Assembly (NCBI GenBank): GCA_964016885.1
Contig: OZ024745.1
Coordinates: forward strand, 13,578,001 to 13,642,000
DNA length: 64,000 nucleotides
Source: Eledone cirrhosa
Lineage: Eukaryota
Direction of reading: 5' to 3'
Shown: positions 40,660 to 52,785 of the stretch, piece by piece
How the letters are laid out: each line of letters opens with the position of its first letter
Numbering within the stretch: position 1 is the stretch's first letter
Position numbers and translations under genes: made by a program
The notes under the pieces: generated by a model
What the model saw: only the letters and a program-made list of their open reading frames with translations
Databases searched by the model: none
Told to the model about the DNA's origin: nothing

Positions 40660-42957
40660 TGTTTGTGAAATCACGTGTGAGGTGGAGGCTTTCTCACATG
40701 AAGGATAAGTGGTGGAGTGAGAAGGCTGATGAGATACAAGCTGCATCAGATTCCAATAACACAAAGCTGTTGTTCAATCTCTTCGCGTAAAGTTTATGGA
40801 CCGTCTTCTTCTCTGGTGACACTGCTTCGCAGCAAGGATGACAAGGAACGTCTTCGTGATTCACAAAGTGGCGAGAGCACTTTGATGAACTTTTGAAACA
40901 GCCGTCTGTCGTCAATGAAGATTTCCTCAATCTCATTCCTCAAAAACCTGTGAAAGTAGCTCTTGCAAGACCACCGACGCTTGTGGAGGTTGCAGTAGCT
41001 ATCTCGTAGCTGAACAGTGGAAAGTCTCCAGGTATGGATGGCATACATGTAGAGCTCTTACAATATGGTAGTGAGAAACGTTTTCGACATCTTCACTCTT
41101 TGTTTGGCAGGATATGGGCTAGTGAATCCATACCTGAGGACTGGAGAGATGCAGTAATGGTAGTCTTGTACAAGGGAAAAGGTATCAAGAATGATTGCGG
41201 AAACTACAGAGGTATATTATTGCTTTCTGTCGTAGGAAAATTTTATGTAGGGTGTTTCTGTACCGTCTGCTGACACACATTGCAAATTATGTTCTTCCAG
41301 AAAGTCAATATGGTTTTCGTGCTGGACGCGGCACTACTGATATGATCTTCTCAGTTAGACAGCTCCAGGAGAAGTGCATGGGATAAGGTTTGGATCTGTA
41401 TCAGGTTTTTGTCGATCTGTCAAAAGCTTTCGATACTGTTAACAGAAATGCATTGTGGAAGGTTCTCCAGAAACTTGGTTGCCCTGATAAGTTCCTTGCT
41501 TTGGTTAGGTCTTTCCATAACGACATAAAGGCTTGGTTTAATGTCAGAGGTAACATGTCGGAGCCTATCTCAGTAAAAAATGGAGTGAAACAGGGGGATA
41601 TTCCAGCACCGACCCTGTTTGCCATATACTTTGCAATGGTTTTCTATATTGCATTCAGAAATTGCGAGCATGGTGTTTACATCCAATATCGAACCTCTGG
41701 CAGCATATTTAACATCAGGCGCTTTGCTGCAAAAGCATAAGACCTCTTGTCTGCAAAAACAAGAGACCTCTTGTCTGCAGTTGATTGCGATCTTATAGCG
41801 TACACAGAGAGTTATATGCAGCACATTTTGAATGCATTTTCGGATGCTTGCACTGCCCTACGATTGACTGTCAGTCTCAAGAAAACCGTCGTCATGTACC
41901 AACCTGCCCCTGGTAAGCAGTACAGTGAACCAAATATCTATGTGTATGGTAAACGACTTGGAGTGGTTAATCAGTTTGTCTACCTGGGAAGCACTGTCAA
42001 TCGATACAGCAATCTTGATAATGAAATTCCACTCCGGATTAGGAAAGCAAGTGATGCTTTCGGAAAGCTAGAAAGGCGCCTCTGGGGTCGGCGAGACATA
42101 TGCAGGAGGACAAAGGTAAAGGCGTACAAAGCATGTGTGTTCTCTTGTCTTCTTTATGCCTGCGAGACCTGGGTCACATATCGACACCACCTTAAACAAT
42201 TGGAGCGTTTCCAACAGATGTGTCTCAGACGGATCTATGGCGTTCACTGGAGGGACCACATCAATGATGTCGTGATTTTGGAAAGCTCTCTGTGTGAAAG
42301 TATAGAAGCTCTTGTGCTTAAGCAAAGATTCCGATGGAGTGGTCACCTTGCCAGGATGAAGGATTCTAGAATACCAAAACAACTCTTTTATGGAGAGTTA
42401 GTTACACGAAAACGACCTCCATATAAACCAAAAAAGAAGTATAAGGATTCGTTGAAATCCTCTTTGAAAGACGCTAACATCTCTGCTGATACATGGGAAA
42501 GCGTAGCTGCTGATCGTAATAAATGGAGAAAGACTGTACATGAGAGGAAAGTTGCGGCATCTCAAATCGCCTACGAGGCATCTCAAATCGCCTTTGAGGC
42601 ATCTCAAATCGCCTACGAGAAAGTAAAGCGGGATGTGAGGAAGGGCATTGCTGTTGCATTTCCAGACAGCGAAGGTCCTCCTATGGCGCTGAAATGCAGC
42701 GTCTGTGCGAGACTCTGCCTCAGTAAAGCTGGACTCTAAATTTATCTTGGCAGTCATAAAGTGAGACCAGTGGTTGAAAACCAGGCTGCTGTTTGAGATG
42801 CTACTCATCATGCCTGCCAAGCATGTGGAAGATAGTGTAGATCAGCAAGAGGGCTCAAACGACATGCAAAAGTACAGTGAATGTTTTGGTTGCCAACTCT
42901 GTGCAAGACATTTTAGATCATTGGCTGGGCTAAAAAGCCACATTCGATCGTAGCACC
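40660..42957 (+). mobile_element. RTE-clade LINE, 5'-truncated and decayed (second subfamily)
   Basis: KSPGMDGI, NYRGILLL, QYGFRAGRGTTDMIF, DLSKAFDTV, GVKQG, RIPKQLFYGEL. C-terminal CSVCARLCLSKAGL and CQLCARHFRSLAGLKSHIRS. Confidence 0.95.
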
Positions 42958-43102
42958 GTTAATTGTCTGTGCGTGTGTGTGTCTATGTGTGTATGTATAT
43001 GTATGTGTATATATATATAGAGATATGTAAATCTGTGTGTGTATGTGTGTGTATATGTCTGTGTGTATGTGTGTGTGTATGTGTATGTGTATATATATAT
43101 AT

Positions 43103-43318
43103 AGTGGATTGGCATTATCGGTAGAGGGTCGGTCGCCATGCTTTGCAGCAAAGAGTTACGGCTCTTTATGATTTGAGCTCAAATCCCGCCGAGGTTAACT
43201 TTGCCTTTCATCCTTATGGGGTCGATAAAATAAAGTACCAGTCACGCACTGGGGTCGATTTAATCGACTTTCCCCTCCCCCAAATTACTGGCCTTGTGCC
43301 TATATAAGAATCCATTAT
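43103..43318 (+). mobile_element. SINE family A
   Basis: Consensus match with (TTA)n tail. Confidence 0.92.
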
Positions 43319-43554
43319 TATTATTATTATTATTACAGTTGCATTTATCTTGCTTTATGTTCATACGAGTTATCACCAAGTAACTTTTTTTTTATTTTTG
43401 TTGTTATTACTCTTTGAGTGTCAGTCATTGATGTTATTTAACTGGAAAGTTTGTTGAAATGAATATCAAGCCACTACCTGCAGCCTCAGATATTCTATTA
43501 TTATTATTATTATTATTGTCGTTATTGTTATTATTATGATTTTTTTTGTGCAAT

Positions 43555-43588
43555 GACCGTACTCGATAACGAGGGTGCAGCCATCATG
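43555..43588 (+). mobile_element. Extreme 5'-truncated 3' end of the (TATG)n-tailed element
   Basis: ccgtactcgataacgagggtgcagccatcatg(tatg)n. Confidence 0.7.
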
Positions 43589-44168
43589 TATGTATATATG
43601 TATGTATGCAGGATTGTATGTATGTATGAATGTATGTATGTACGTATGTATGTGTATGTATGTATGTACGTATGTAGTATGTACGTATGCATGTGAAAAT
43701 CTATGTATGTATGTATGTGTATGTCTGTGTGTATTTGACGTACGTATGTGTACATACTGCTTTATTATTTTCTCACTGGTTTCAGTCATTAAACTGTGGC
43801 CATGTCTACTCCGGTCTACAGGAACCTAATACATGTTAAACACCTGACATCTTTTACAGATGGAATTTCCTAATCAACCGTGTCCTTCGCAGCTTCTCAA
43901 TAGGCAGTTACAAAGCACTCAATGGTACGAAAAGTTAGTCCAGAGTAAACACAAAGTTAAAGTGTGACACCAAGAAAGTGTGACACCAAATGCATGTAGC
44001 CATATTTTTACCACAACGGTAAATAGAAACTGGTCGTAGAAGAGGATGGCCATGACTGGAACACCTTTGATCGTAGGCCTGCTCAGTCAAAACCGACTTA
44101 GGGTTAAACAATAACGATAACTCGTACTCTACTTTAATTTATCTCACTATTACAATATGTCAGTCAGT

Positions 44169-44262
<94 letters not shown>

Positions 44263-44464
44263 TTCTTTCTCTTTCTTTCTCTCTCTTGTTTCTCTCTTTT
44301 TCTTGCTTCACTCTCTCTTTCTCTTTTGTTTCTCTTTATTATTGTCAATACACCTCTCTCTCCAGTTCCATTCCTACTCCTCTCTCTCTTCTCTCTCTCT
44401 CTCTACTCACATATACTCACACACACATACACATATGCATACATACATGCATATACACATACAC

Positions 44465-44499
<35 letters not shown>

Positions 44500-44657
44500 C
44501 ATACATACATACATACATACATACATACATACATACATACATACATACATACATACATACACACATACATGCATGAACACATACATACATGAATGCATGC
44601 AAACAAACACAAGGTGCCCTCTCTAATGAACTAGTTAAAAGATTCAATTAATCCCCT

Positions 44658-44671
44658 CCACCAGGGGGCAG
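44658..44671 (+). promoter_or_regulatory. Candidate CTCF-binding site
   Basis: CCACCAGGGGGCAG fits CCASYAGRKGGCRS in non-repetitive sequence. Confidence 0.5.
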
Positions 44672-45427
44672 TAGAGGGGTGAAGTGGCACGAGTGCACAG
44701 CGGGTGACAGATGCAGGAGGTGTAGTATGAGGAGTTGTTTGATATTTACAGAGATCTGCTGAAAATATTGCTTTATCAGAAACTCATCACAGCTTGTCTA
44801 ATTCAAGGATAGATATTCACCCAAGCGGTAAGTCTATATGTGATAAACTTGTAGCTATTACTGGCCAATAGCTGTCACATTTTCAAACATGCTACACGTG
44901 TTTTAAACATACTACACATAGGACAAAGAAGCCTATATGTGTTCAATAGATTTGTTAGAAATAGCAGGCTAAACCACCTCCTCATTTTTTAAAGGAATTC
45001 CTCCCTAACTTGCTGCTTTTATCAATAGATTTGAACGTGTTAGACATGAGAAGTGTATCCGCTTTATGGTCACATAACCTGTTAGAAAGAGAAGACGAAC
45101 CTCCCCCACATTTTAAGAATTTCTCCCCAACTTGCTGCTTTTGGAAGTTTTTTTTTTAAGAGAACAAAAAGAATGAACAGAAAAAAGGGAATGAAAAGAA
45201 GAAAAAGAAAGAAAGATCAAGCAATGAAATAAATGGAGAGGGACAGGTTCAAAACCCCAGTCTGAACGGTTCCTCGGCCGCGACCCACGGACAAAATGAC
45301 AAAAGATTTGGACATGCTAGACATGGTGGGAAAGGCACCCTCTTTATGATCGTTTAACTTGCTAGAAAGAGTAGACAAATCTACCTGAAATTTTAGGCAG
45401 TCTGTGTGTGCGCGCGCGTGTGTGGGG

Positions 45428-45461
<34 letters not shown>

Positions 45462-46307
45462 TTGTGTGTGCGTGTGTGTGTATGTGTATGTGTGAGTGTC
45501 TGTGTATGCATGTGTGTGTATGTGCGTGTAATTGTGTGTGTGTGTGTGTGTTTTTTTTTTGTTTGTAGGTCACATCAACCGATCGTTTATAGTAGAATCG
45601 ATTGAAATACATAAATGTATTTCGTATTTAGATTTGTCTGCTATTTTTAGCGGGTCGAGTTATTATGTAATGAGTCCACCTCGTACCTAGCATGTTTGAA
45701 AATGTGATGGCCGGCGGCTAGTAATAGCCGTGAGTTAATTATTATACAATGTCTGTTCGCTTGGTTGAATTCAGTGTATCCTTGAATTTAATAAAACATC
45801 TTTTTACAAGGAAAATAACTATATTCAAAATGCATTTATAATATGATAATTACAAAGGAGGAAAAGGGAAAGAAAAATAGAAGAGAAGTATATCAGTTAG
45901 TCTCTTTGACTGAGCTGAAGTCTTGGGTCAAGAGAAGATCAAGACAGGGCGCCTGGCATTTAGAATGTTGTTAAACACTCACAGCCCTCTACTAGTTGGG
46001 CAATACGGTCATATGCTAAAGGGTGGGTGAATGTAGTGCGGACGGCCCTAGTAAATGGGCCTACTCTGAGCAAGAGCATGCAGGCTGGCGAATGCAGACA
46101 AGAGAGGGGGCACTTTCCGATGGTGTTCTTGGGTATCAGGGTTATTTCGGATCTGCGAAGCTCCGAAATTACCCCTGGATGGTGCTCATCCCTATTGGGA
46201 TTTCTTTTGTTTCTAGTTTTTCGTTGTTTCTTTGTTATCTGTTATCTTTCTTGCGCCCTTTTAATGTCAACCCCTTCTGTCCATGCCTCTTGTATTGTCC
46301 ATAATGT

Positions 46308-46480
46308 TTCGGCCCTATCTTTTTTATCTTATCTTTTAGTTCAAATCCGACCGAGGTTACCTTTGTCTTTCATCCTTACGGGGTCGATAAAATAAAATAC
46401 TTGTAACATACTGGGGTCGATTTAATTGACTTTCCCTTCCATAAAATTGTTGGCCTTGTATCTAAATCAGAAACCATTAT
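46308..46480 (+). mobile_element. SINE family A, 5'-truncated (preceded by a possible LINE 3' remnant at ~46020-46305)
   Basis: agttcaaatcc..ccgaggtt..ctttcatccttacggggtcgataaaataaa. Confidence 0.8.
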
Positions 46481-46784
46481 TTCATCGTATTTTATTCTAT
46501 ATTAATATTTTGTTTGTTAATAGATAGTTTTTTCCTAGTAATTTTACGCGAGTTTCTAATGCACCACCAGGTGTAAAGGATTGTTGTTGGTTTAGGATGG
46601 TGGTAGTGTTACATGTGTTCTGTGGGAGTTTTGTATAGTATCGAGTAGTGACTCTGTAGCATATCAGTTGTGTGAGTTATAATATGTTATAATATATTAT
46701 AACATGTTAGAATATGTTATGCTGTATTATGAGTTGTGTAAGTTGCATTATTTTATTGGGTGGTGATTGTGTCCAATGGGTGTG

Positions 46785-47433
46785 GTTATATGTTATAATA
46801 TGTTAAAATATGTTATGATATGTCATGTTATGCTATGTTATAATATGTTATGCTATGTTATGATATGTTATAATATGTTATATGTTATACTATGTTACGC
46901 TATGTTATGCTATGCTATGTTATACTATGTTATAATGTTATGATATGTCATGTTATGCTATGTTATGCTATGTTATAATATGTTATGCTATGTTATGCTA
47001 TGTTATAATATGTTATATGTTATACTATGTTACGCTATGTTATGCTATGCTATGTTATACTATGTTATACTATGTTATAATATGTTATGATATGTCATGT
47101 TATGCTATGTTATGCTATGTTATAATATGTTATGCTATGTTATACTATGTTATATGTTATACTATGTTATGCTATGTTATGCTATGTTATGCTATGTTAT
47201 ACTATGTTATATGTTATACTATGTTATGCTATGTTATGCTATGTTATGCTATGTTATGCTATGTTATACTATGTTATGCTATGTTATACTATGTTATGTT
47301 ATGCTATGTTATACTATGTTATACTATGTTATGTTATACTATGTTATGCTATGTCATATGTTATACTATGTTATGCTATGTTATATGTTATGCTATGTTA
47401 TACTATGTCATAATATGTTATGCTATGTTATAA
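46785..47433. repeat. Degenerate pentamer repeat (TATGT/TATGC/TATAC)
   Basis: Visible 5/10-bp periodicity. Confidence 0.95.
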
Positions 47434-47747
47434 CACGTGATGTCAATTGTGTAAAATGTATTGAGTTCACAGTTCACGAAGGAAGTTAGTCTCCTGTTTC
47501 ATTGTTTAACTCTTAATCAGAACCGTTCAACCGTTCTTGTTTTTCACGCAGACTTAACTCCAATATTACATTTGTTTTCCTTTAGTTTCGATTAACTCTC
47601 TTTTGTTTTCCTTAATACACCGTTTCTTTGTTGTAATTAGGACTTCAAAGTTACGATACACCGACACTCCAACTATTGTTGATCGCCTTCAAACCTATCT
47701 TCTACCAAACCACCACCATCTCTCAATCTATCGAGTTGTCCGACCAC

Positions 47748-48912
47748 CAGAGTCGGATTTAATGGGGGAACAAAGGGGATAATAGCCCCGGCTCCTCTGC
47801 AGTCGGGGCCCCACCAAACACGGCCCGGCTCCGCTGCAGTAGGGACCCCACCAGCGACGGCCCGGCTTCTCTTGCAGTGGGGACTCCACCAGTGACGGCC
47901 CGGCTCCCCTTGCAGTGGGGACTCCACAAGCGACGGCCCGGCTCCCCTGCAGTCGGGACTCCACAAGCGACGGTCCGGCTCCCCTGCAGTCGGGACTCCA
48001 CAGCGACGGCCCGGCTCCCCTGCAGTCGGGACTCCACAGCGACGGCCCGGCTCCCCTGCAGTCGGGACTCCACAGCGACGGCCCGGCTCCCCTGCAGTGA
48101 GGACTCCGCAAGCGACGGCCCGGCTCCCCTGCAGTCGGGACTCCACCAGCGACGGCCCGGCTCCCCTGCAGTGAGGACGCCATCAGCGACGGCCCGGCTC
48201 CCCTTGCAGTGGGGACTCCACAGCGACGGCCCGGCTCCCCTGCAGTCGGGACTCCACCAGCGACGGCCCGGCTCCCCTGCAGTGAGGACGCCATCAGCGA
48301 CGGCCCGGCTCCCCTTGCAGTGGGGACTCCACAGCGACGGCCCGGCTCCCCTGCAGTGGGGACTCCGCAAGCGACGGCCCGACTCCCCTGCAGTCGGGAC
48401 TCCACCAGCGACGGCCCGGCTCCCCTGCAGTGAGGACGCCACCAGCGACGGCCCGGCTCCCCCTGCAGTGGGGACTCCACAGCGACGGCCCGGCTCCCCC
48501 TGCAGTGGGGACTCCACAGCGACGGCCCGGCTCCCCTGCAGTGGGGACCCCACCAGTGACGGCCCGGCTCCCCTGCAGTCGGGACTCCACAAGCGACGGT
48601 CCGGCTCCCCTGCAGTGGAGACCCCACCAGCGACGGCCCGGCTCCCCTTGCAGTGGGGACTCCACCAGCGACGGCCCGGCTCCCCTGCAGTCGGGACCCC
48701 ACCAGTTGGGCTTTTTAATTTTAGGATGGTTAGAATTTTTTAATTTTATACCTGAATGTATAACCAAGTTAACTTTGATATGTAAAATTTTTTTTTTTTT
48801 TTTGGGGGGGGGGGGGGGGGGGCTGTGTATTCTACTTTTTTGTGTATGCACCCCCATAAAACAAAACAAAAATCTGAAGTGCCCCCCTCTCCTCTGTCTA
48901 AATCCAACCCTA
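47748..48912. mobile_element. hAT-like non-autonomous DNA transposon hosting a minisatellite
   Basis: TIRs cagagtcggattta / taaatccaacccta (11/14 match, all transitions). 8-bp TSD ccgaccac (47740-47747) / ccaaccac (48913-48920). Confidence 0.7.
47785..48704. repeat. GC-rich 36-39-bp minisatellite (~24 units)
   Basis: Unit cagcgacggcccggctcccctgcagtcgggactcca. Confidence 0.95.
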
Positions 48913-49429
48913 CCAACCACTACCTTATCTTGATTACTCAACACATACACATCCTCGTCCTGTTCAACTCCTCCACCTTCCACACTCAATGACAATTCAA
49001 CGCCAGCAAACTGATTGAAGATTCGCTAGTTCTATGCCATCCTTAGCAGGACACACCCTTCTCCTTTAGTCCATCAGAAACAGCCAGGTAGATGGATAAA
49101 ACTATGCTCTTAAGCATGCATCATCCCATCTAACATTCCAACCAAAATTCATGTCCCCAAAACAACACTTTCAATGAGTTTCGAACAGCTACCAACTTTC
49201 AAATAGAATAGATTATTTTATATCAACTTTATTTTATTATCGTAGCCTCGATTCTAGGGCGGCGCTGCGTGGCGAATTGCTTGCATTAAAGAGGTGAGTA
49301 AAGCTATATTGTTGACAATACTAACTCCTACTCAATGTGAGGGATTTTATAGTTTATTTTATATCTAAGTACGATATACTTACTATCATTATTGACCGCG
49401 CACGTACTATATATATATATATATACATA

Positions 49430-49491
<62 letters not shown>

Positions 49492-49560
49492 TAAAAAGTA
49501 AACGACACAGTTTGAAGAAATATATTACCGTAGTTTAACGCCTGAAATAACAAGAAAAGC

Positions 49561-49597
49561 GTCTTAACGTTTCGGACATTAGTACCTCATCAGCAAA
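49561..49597 (-). ncRNA. Minimal hammerhead motif in a pLTR homologous to 5306-5428
   Basis: Minus strand reads CTGATGA-gg-tactaatgt-cc-GAAA-cgtt-aagac, and its downstream sequence aligns to 5338-5428. Stem I is degenerate. Confidence 0.6.
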
Positions 49598-49971
49598 TAG
49601 AGTGAGAAATAAAAGATGAAATAGAAAGATAGAGAGTAAGAAGAGGGTGGGACGGAAAAAAATGAGAAAAAAACAAACGTGCATATTCAGTCACCCACTT
49701 TGGATATATATATACACACAAATGAATATATGAGGGATGAACATCTATACAATTATACATGTGTTCGAAATGCAAAAGACCAAGTTAGCTAGATAGAAAA
49801 ATACTAATTTAACATAATATGGTTTGCCTGTCTCGATTTAAAATAATAAATCAATAAAAATAACAAACCTATATTGGCAATGGCCGTGATACCCGGAAAA
49901 ATTCTAAATTTGTGAAAGTTACTATTCCTGTGCTCTTCTGCGGGTATCCAGGAAAATGCGTATCAATCAGA

Positions 49972-50137
49972 ATACTTAAGAAGACTGAGAAATACGTATT
50001 GTTGAACGCACATGTGTCCCACCGCCTAACTCGTCCCATAGCCGTGCCGCTAAAAATAGCGGCACGGCTATGGGACGAGTTAGGCGGTGGGACACATGTG
50101 CGTTCAACAATACGTATTTCTCAGTCTTCTTAAGTAT
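49972..50137. repeat. Perfect palindrome, 81-bp arms, 4-nt loop
   Basis: 49972-50052 is the exact reverse complement of 50057-50137; loop aaaa. Confidence 0.97.
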
Positions 50138-50206
50138 ATATATATATTTCTTAAGTATATATATATATTTCGTTTCTGAATAAATAGAAAAATAGAAAAA
50201 TGAACA

Positions 50207-50290
50207 CAAACACACACAGACACCCGGATGTGGCGCATGCGCAAACTGAGCACGCAACCCACACACAAACAAAATGGCGTAGGATAGAAG
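50207..50290 (+). promoter_or_regulatory. Putative promoter cassette (ETS-like, NRF1 and YY1 motifs)
   Basis: ccggatgtg 50224-50232, gcgcatgcgc 50233-50242, aaaatggcg 50271-50279. Confidence 0.5.
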
Positions 50291-50325
50291 AAAGGAAAGG
50301 CACAGAAACGAAGAAAGAAATCCCC

Positions 50326-50370
50326 AGTCACTGAAGAGGTCACAGAGTGTGTGACGAAAGAACTATGACT
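50326..50370 (+). ncRNA. Type I hammerhead ribozyme, intact core
   Basis: agtca-CTGAAGA-g-gtcaca-gagtg-tgtgac-GAAA-g-aa-c-TA-tgact. Stem I 5 bp, stem II 6 bp, minimal stem III, CUA cleavage triplet. Confidence 0.85.
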
Positions 50371-50519
50371 ATATATATATAAACAACTATCTGGTTGTGG
50401 AACCAACCAACCAACCAGAAATTTATAAATTTGTAAATTTATAAATATATATTAAATTAAATTGAAGTGAAAGCAACTGGTGCGTGTGTTTCTTATTGGC
50501 AACGACCCTCCCAAAGTAT

Positions 50520-50573
<54 letters not shown>

Positions 50574-50624
50574 GTATATATGTATATATATATACATATA
50601 TATATATATATTTATGTATATATG

Positions 50625-50769
<145 letters not shown>

Positions 50770-50776
50770 ACATATA

Positions 50777-51157
50777 TATTTATTAAATGACAGATTAAAG
50801 TTTAAGCAAAGAATCGCTGCTTTCACCCTTAACGGGATCTTCTGAAACTAACAAAGTCAATCTGTAGACGTATTATTTGTTTTTTCCCGTTCTTTGCCAG
50901 CGAACGTTTCCACGAACCAAAGTATCGTCTTCCTGTCTTCCTCCGATTGCAACGTTTTTTGAAATATTCACTTCTGCGTTCACAGATTGACTTTGTTAGT
51001 TTCAGAAGATCCCGTTAAGGGTGAAAGCAGCGATTCTTTGCTTAAACTTTAATCTGTTATTTAATAAATATTTGCTCTACGGTTCTTATATATTTGATAT
51101 ATATTTATCCTTATCGAGCCCTCTTTGGATTTTAGTCTTCAATTTTATTATTATTAC
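50777..51157. mobile_element. Head-to-head inverted pLTR-like pair, each arm with a CAGAAGA-core hammerhead-like fold
   Basis: Arms 50777-50865 and 50982-51070 (89 bp, 1 mismatch seen), with (TA)n on both sides. Confidence 0.8.
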
Positions 51158-51171
51158 TATATATATATATA

Positions 51172-51494
<323 letters not shown>

Positions 51495-51949
51495 CATATA
51501 TACATATATATATACATATATATACGATATTAACAAATGGAAACTATATTTATAAAACCATATTTATTTCATTATACATATTTCAAGGACACCAAGTTAA
51601 ATTATAGTGTGCTTTCATGCGATAAGATATAATATAGAACAGTTTTATAAATATAGTTTCCATTTGTTAATATCGTATATATATATAATAAACAAATATC
51701 ATATATAATATCTATATATATATAATAAACAAATATCATTATCTCTGAAGACAGCATATATATGTGTAGGTATGTATATTCCCTCTGATAGTTTGTAAAA
51801 ATTTTACATAGATCGATATGATATACATACCAACACAAACATATATATCCTAGAAACGATCGTAAAATGATGAATGTTTTAATATAAGGAACTGTTTGTT
51901 TGTTTTTATTCATTATTTTTATTAATTTATTTATATATATATATATATA

Positions 51950-52736
51950 TAATGAAAAATTGAACAGGGACAGAACAGAGAGGCAGTACAATAAATGTTT
52001 ATTAAATTCACGCCCAGGAGAGTGGGGGGTAGGTGGGGGACGACGTTTCGGGCATAAGCCCTTCTTCAGGTGAGAGTTCAAAAGGTGTGTAGGGGAGTGG
52101 TGGAGAGACATATAGCGAAAGGAAACGGTGCGAATGAAAAATTAACAAATAAAGACAAAAATATAATAAATAATAAATAAAAATAAAGCATGATCAAAAT
52201 ACAAGGAATGAGAAAATTTAAAAATAAAGGCATGATCAAAATAAACTGAAATTAAAAGGGGGGTAAACAGGTGGTGGAAGGGTGTGGGGTGAGTAGAGGT
52301 GGTAGGCAGAGACGGGGAAAAGGGAAAAAGAAACAGAAAAACGTAGGGAGGGGGGGAGTAAACACCGGAAAATTAAAGACAAAAAATCATAAAGGAAATA
52401 ACACAGGCGATCGTGAACAAAACATCATAGAAATATCATAAAGGTAATAACACAGGCGATCGTGAACAAAAAATCATAGAAATACAATTGTAAGAACACA
52501 GGCAAAGAATCATATACGGGAAAAAAAGGGGTACGGTAACAAAATCAAACAGAGGTAATGCGTGGAAGGAAAGACAAAGTGTGGGAAGGTGTGTAAAGTT
52601 CGGAGAAAGGTCACGGCGGATTAGATCGGGGTTGAGCCGGTTGTTAAGTTAAGTTCCAAGGATGGAGGTCGTGTGAGTGTGTGTTATGTATAATGAAAAA
52701 TTGAACAGGGACAGAACAGAGAGGCAGTACGATAAA

Positions 52737-52738
<2 letters not shown>
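51950..52738 (-). mobile_element. Short Penelope-like remnant: 3' UTR with HHR and ~48-bp terminal direct repeat
   Basis: ataatgaaaaattgaacagggacagaacagagaggcagtac.ataaatg at 51950 and 52690, (TA)n on both sides, and aataaa downstream of the HHR on the minus strand. Confidence 0.75.
52039..52072 (-). ncRNA. Minimal type I hammerhead motif
   Basis: Minus strand reads ac-CTGAAGA-a-gggc-ttat-gccc-GAAA-cGTC-gt. Perfect stem II and a GUC triplet; stem I is weak. Confidence 0.75.

Positions 52739-52785
<47 letters not shown>

Noticed and set aside
47673-48995. Collagen/Pro-rich-like ORFs
   Set aside because: Unit lengths of 36-39 bp shift the frame repeatedly, and the GC-rich repeat lies inside a MITE.
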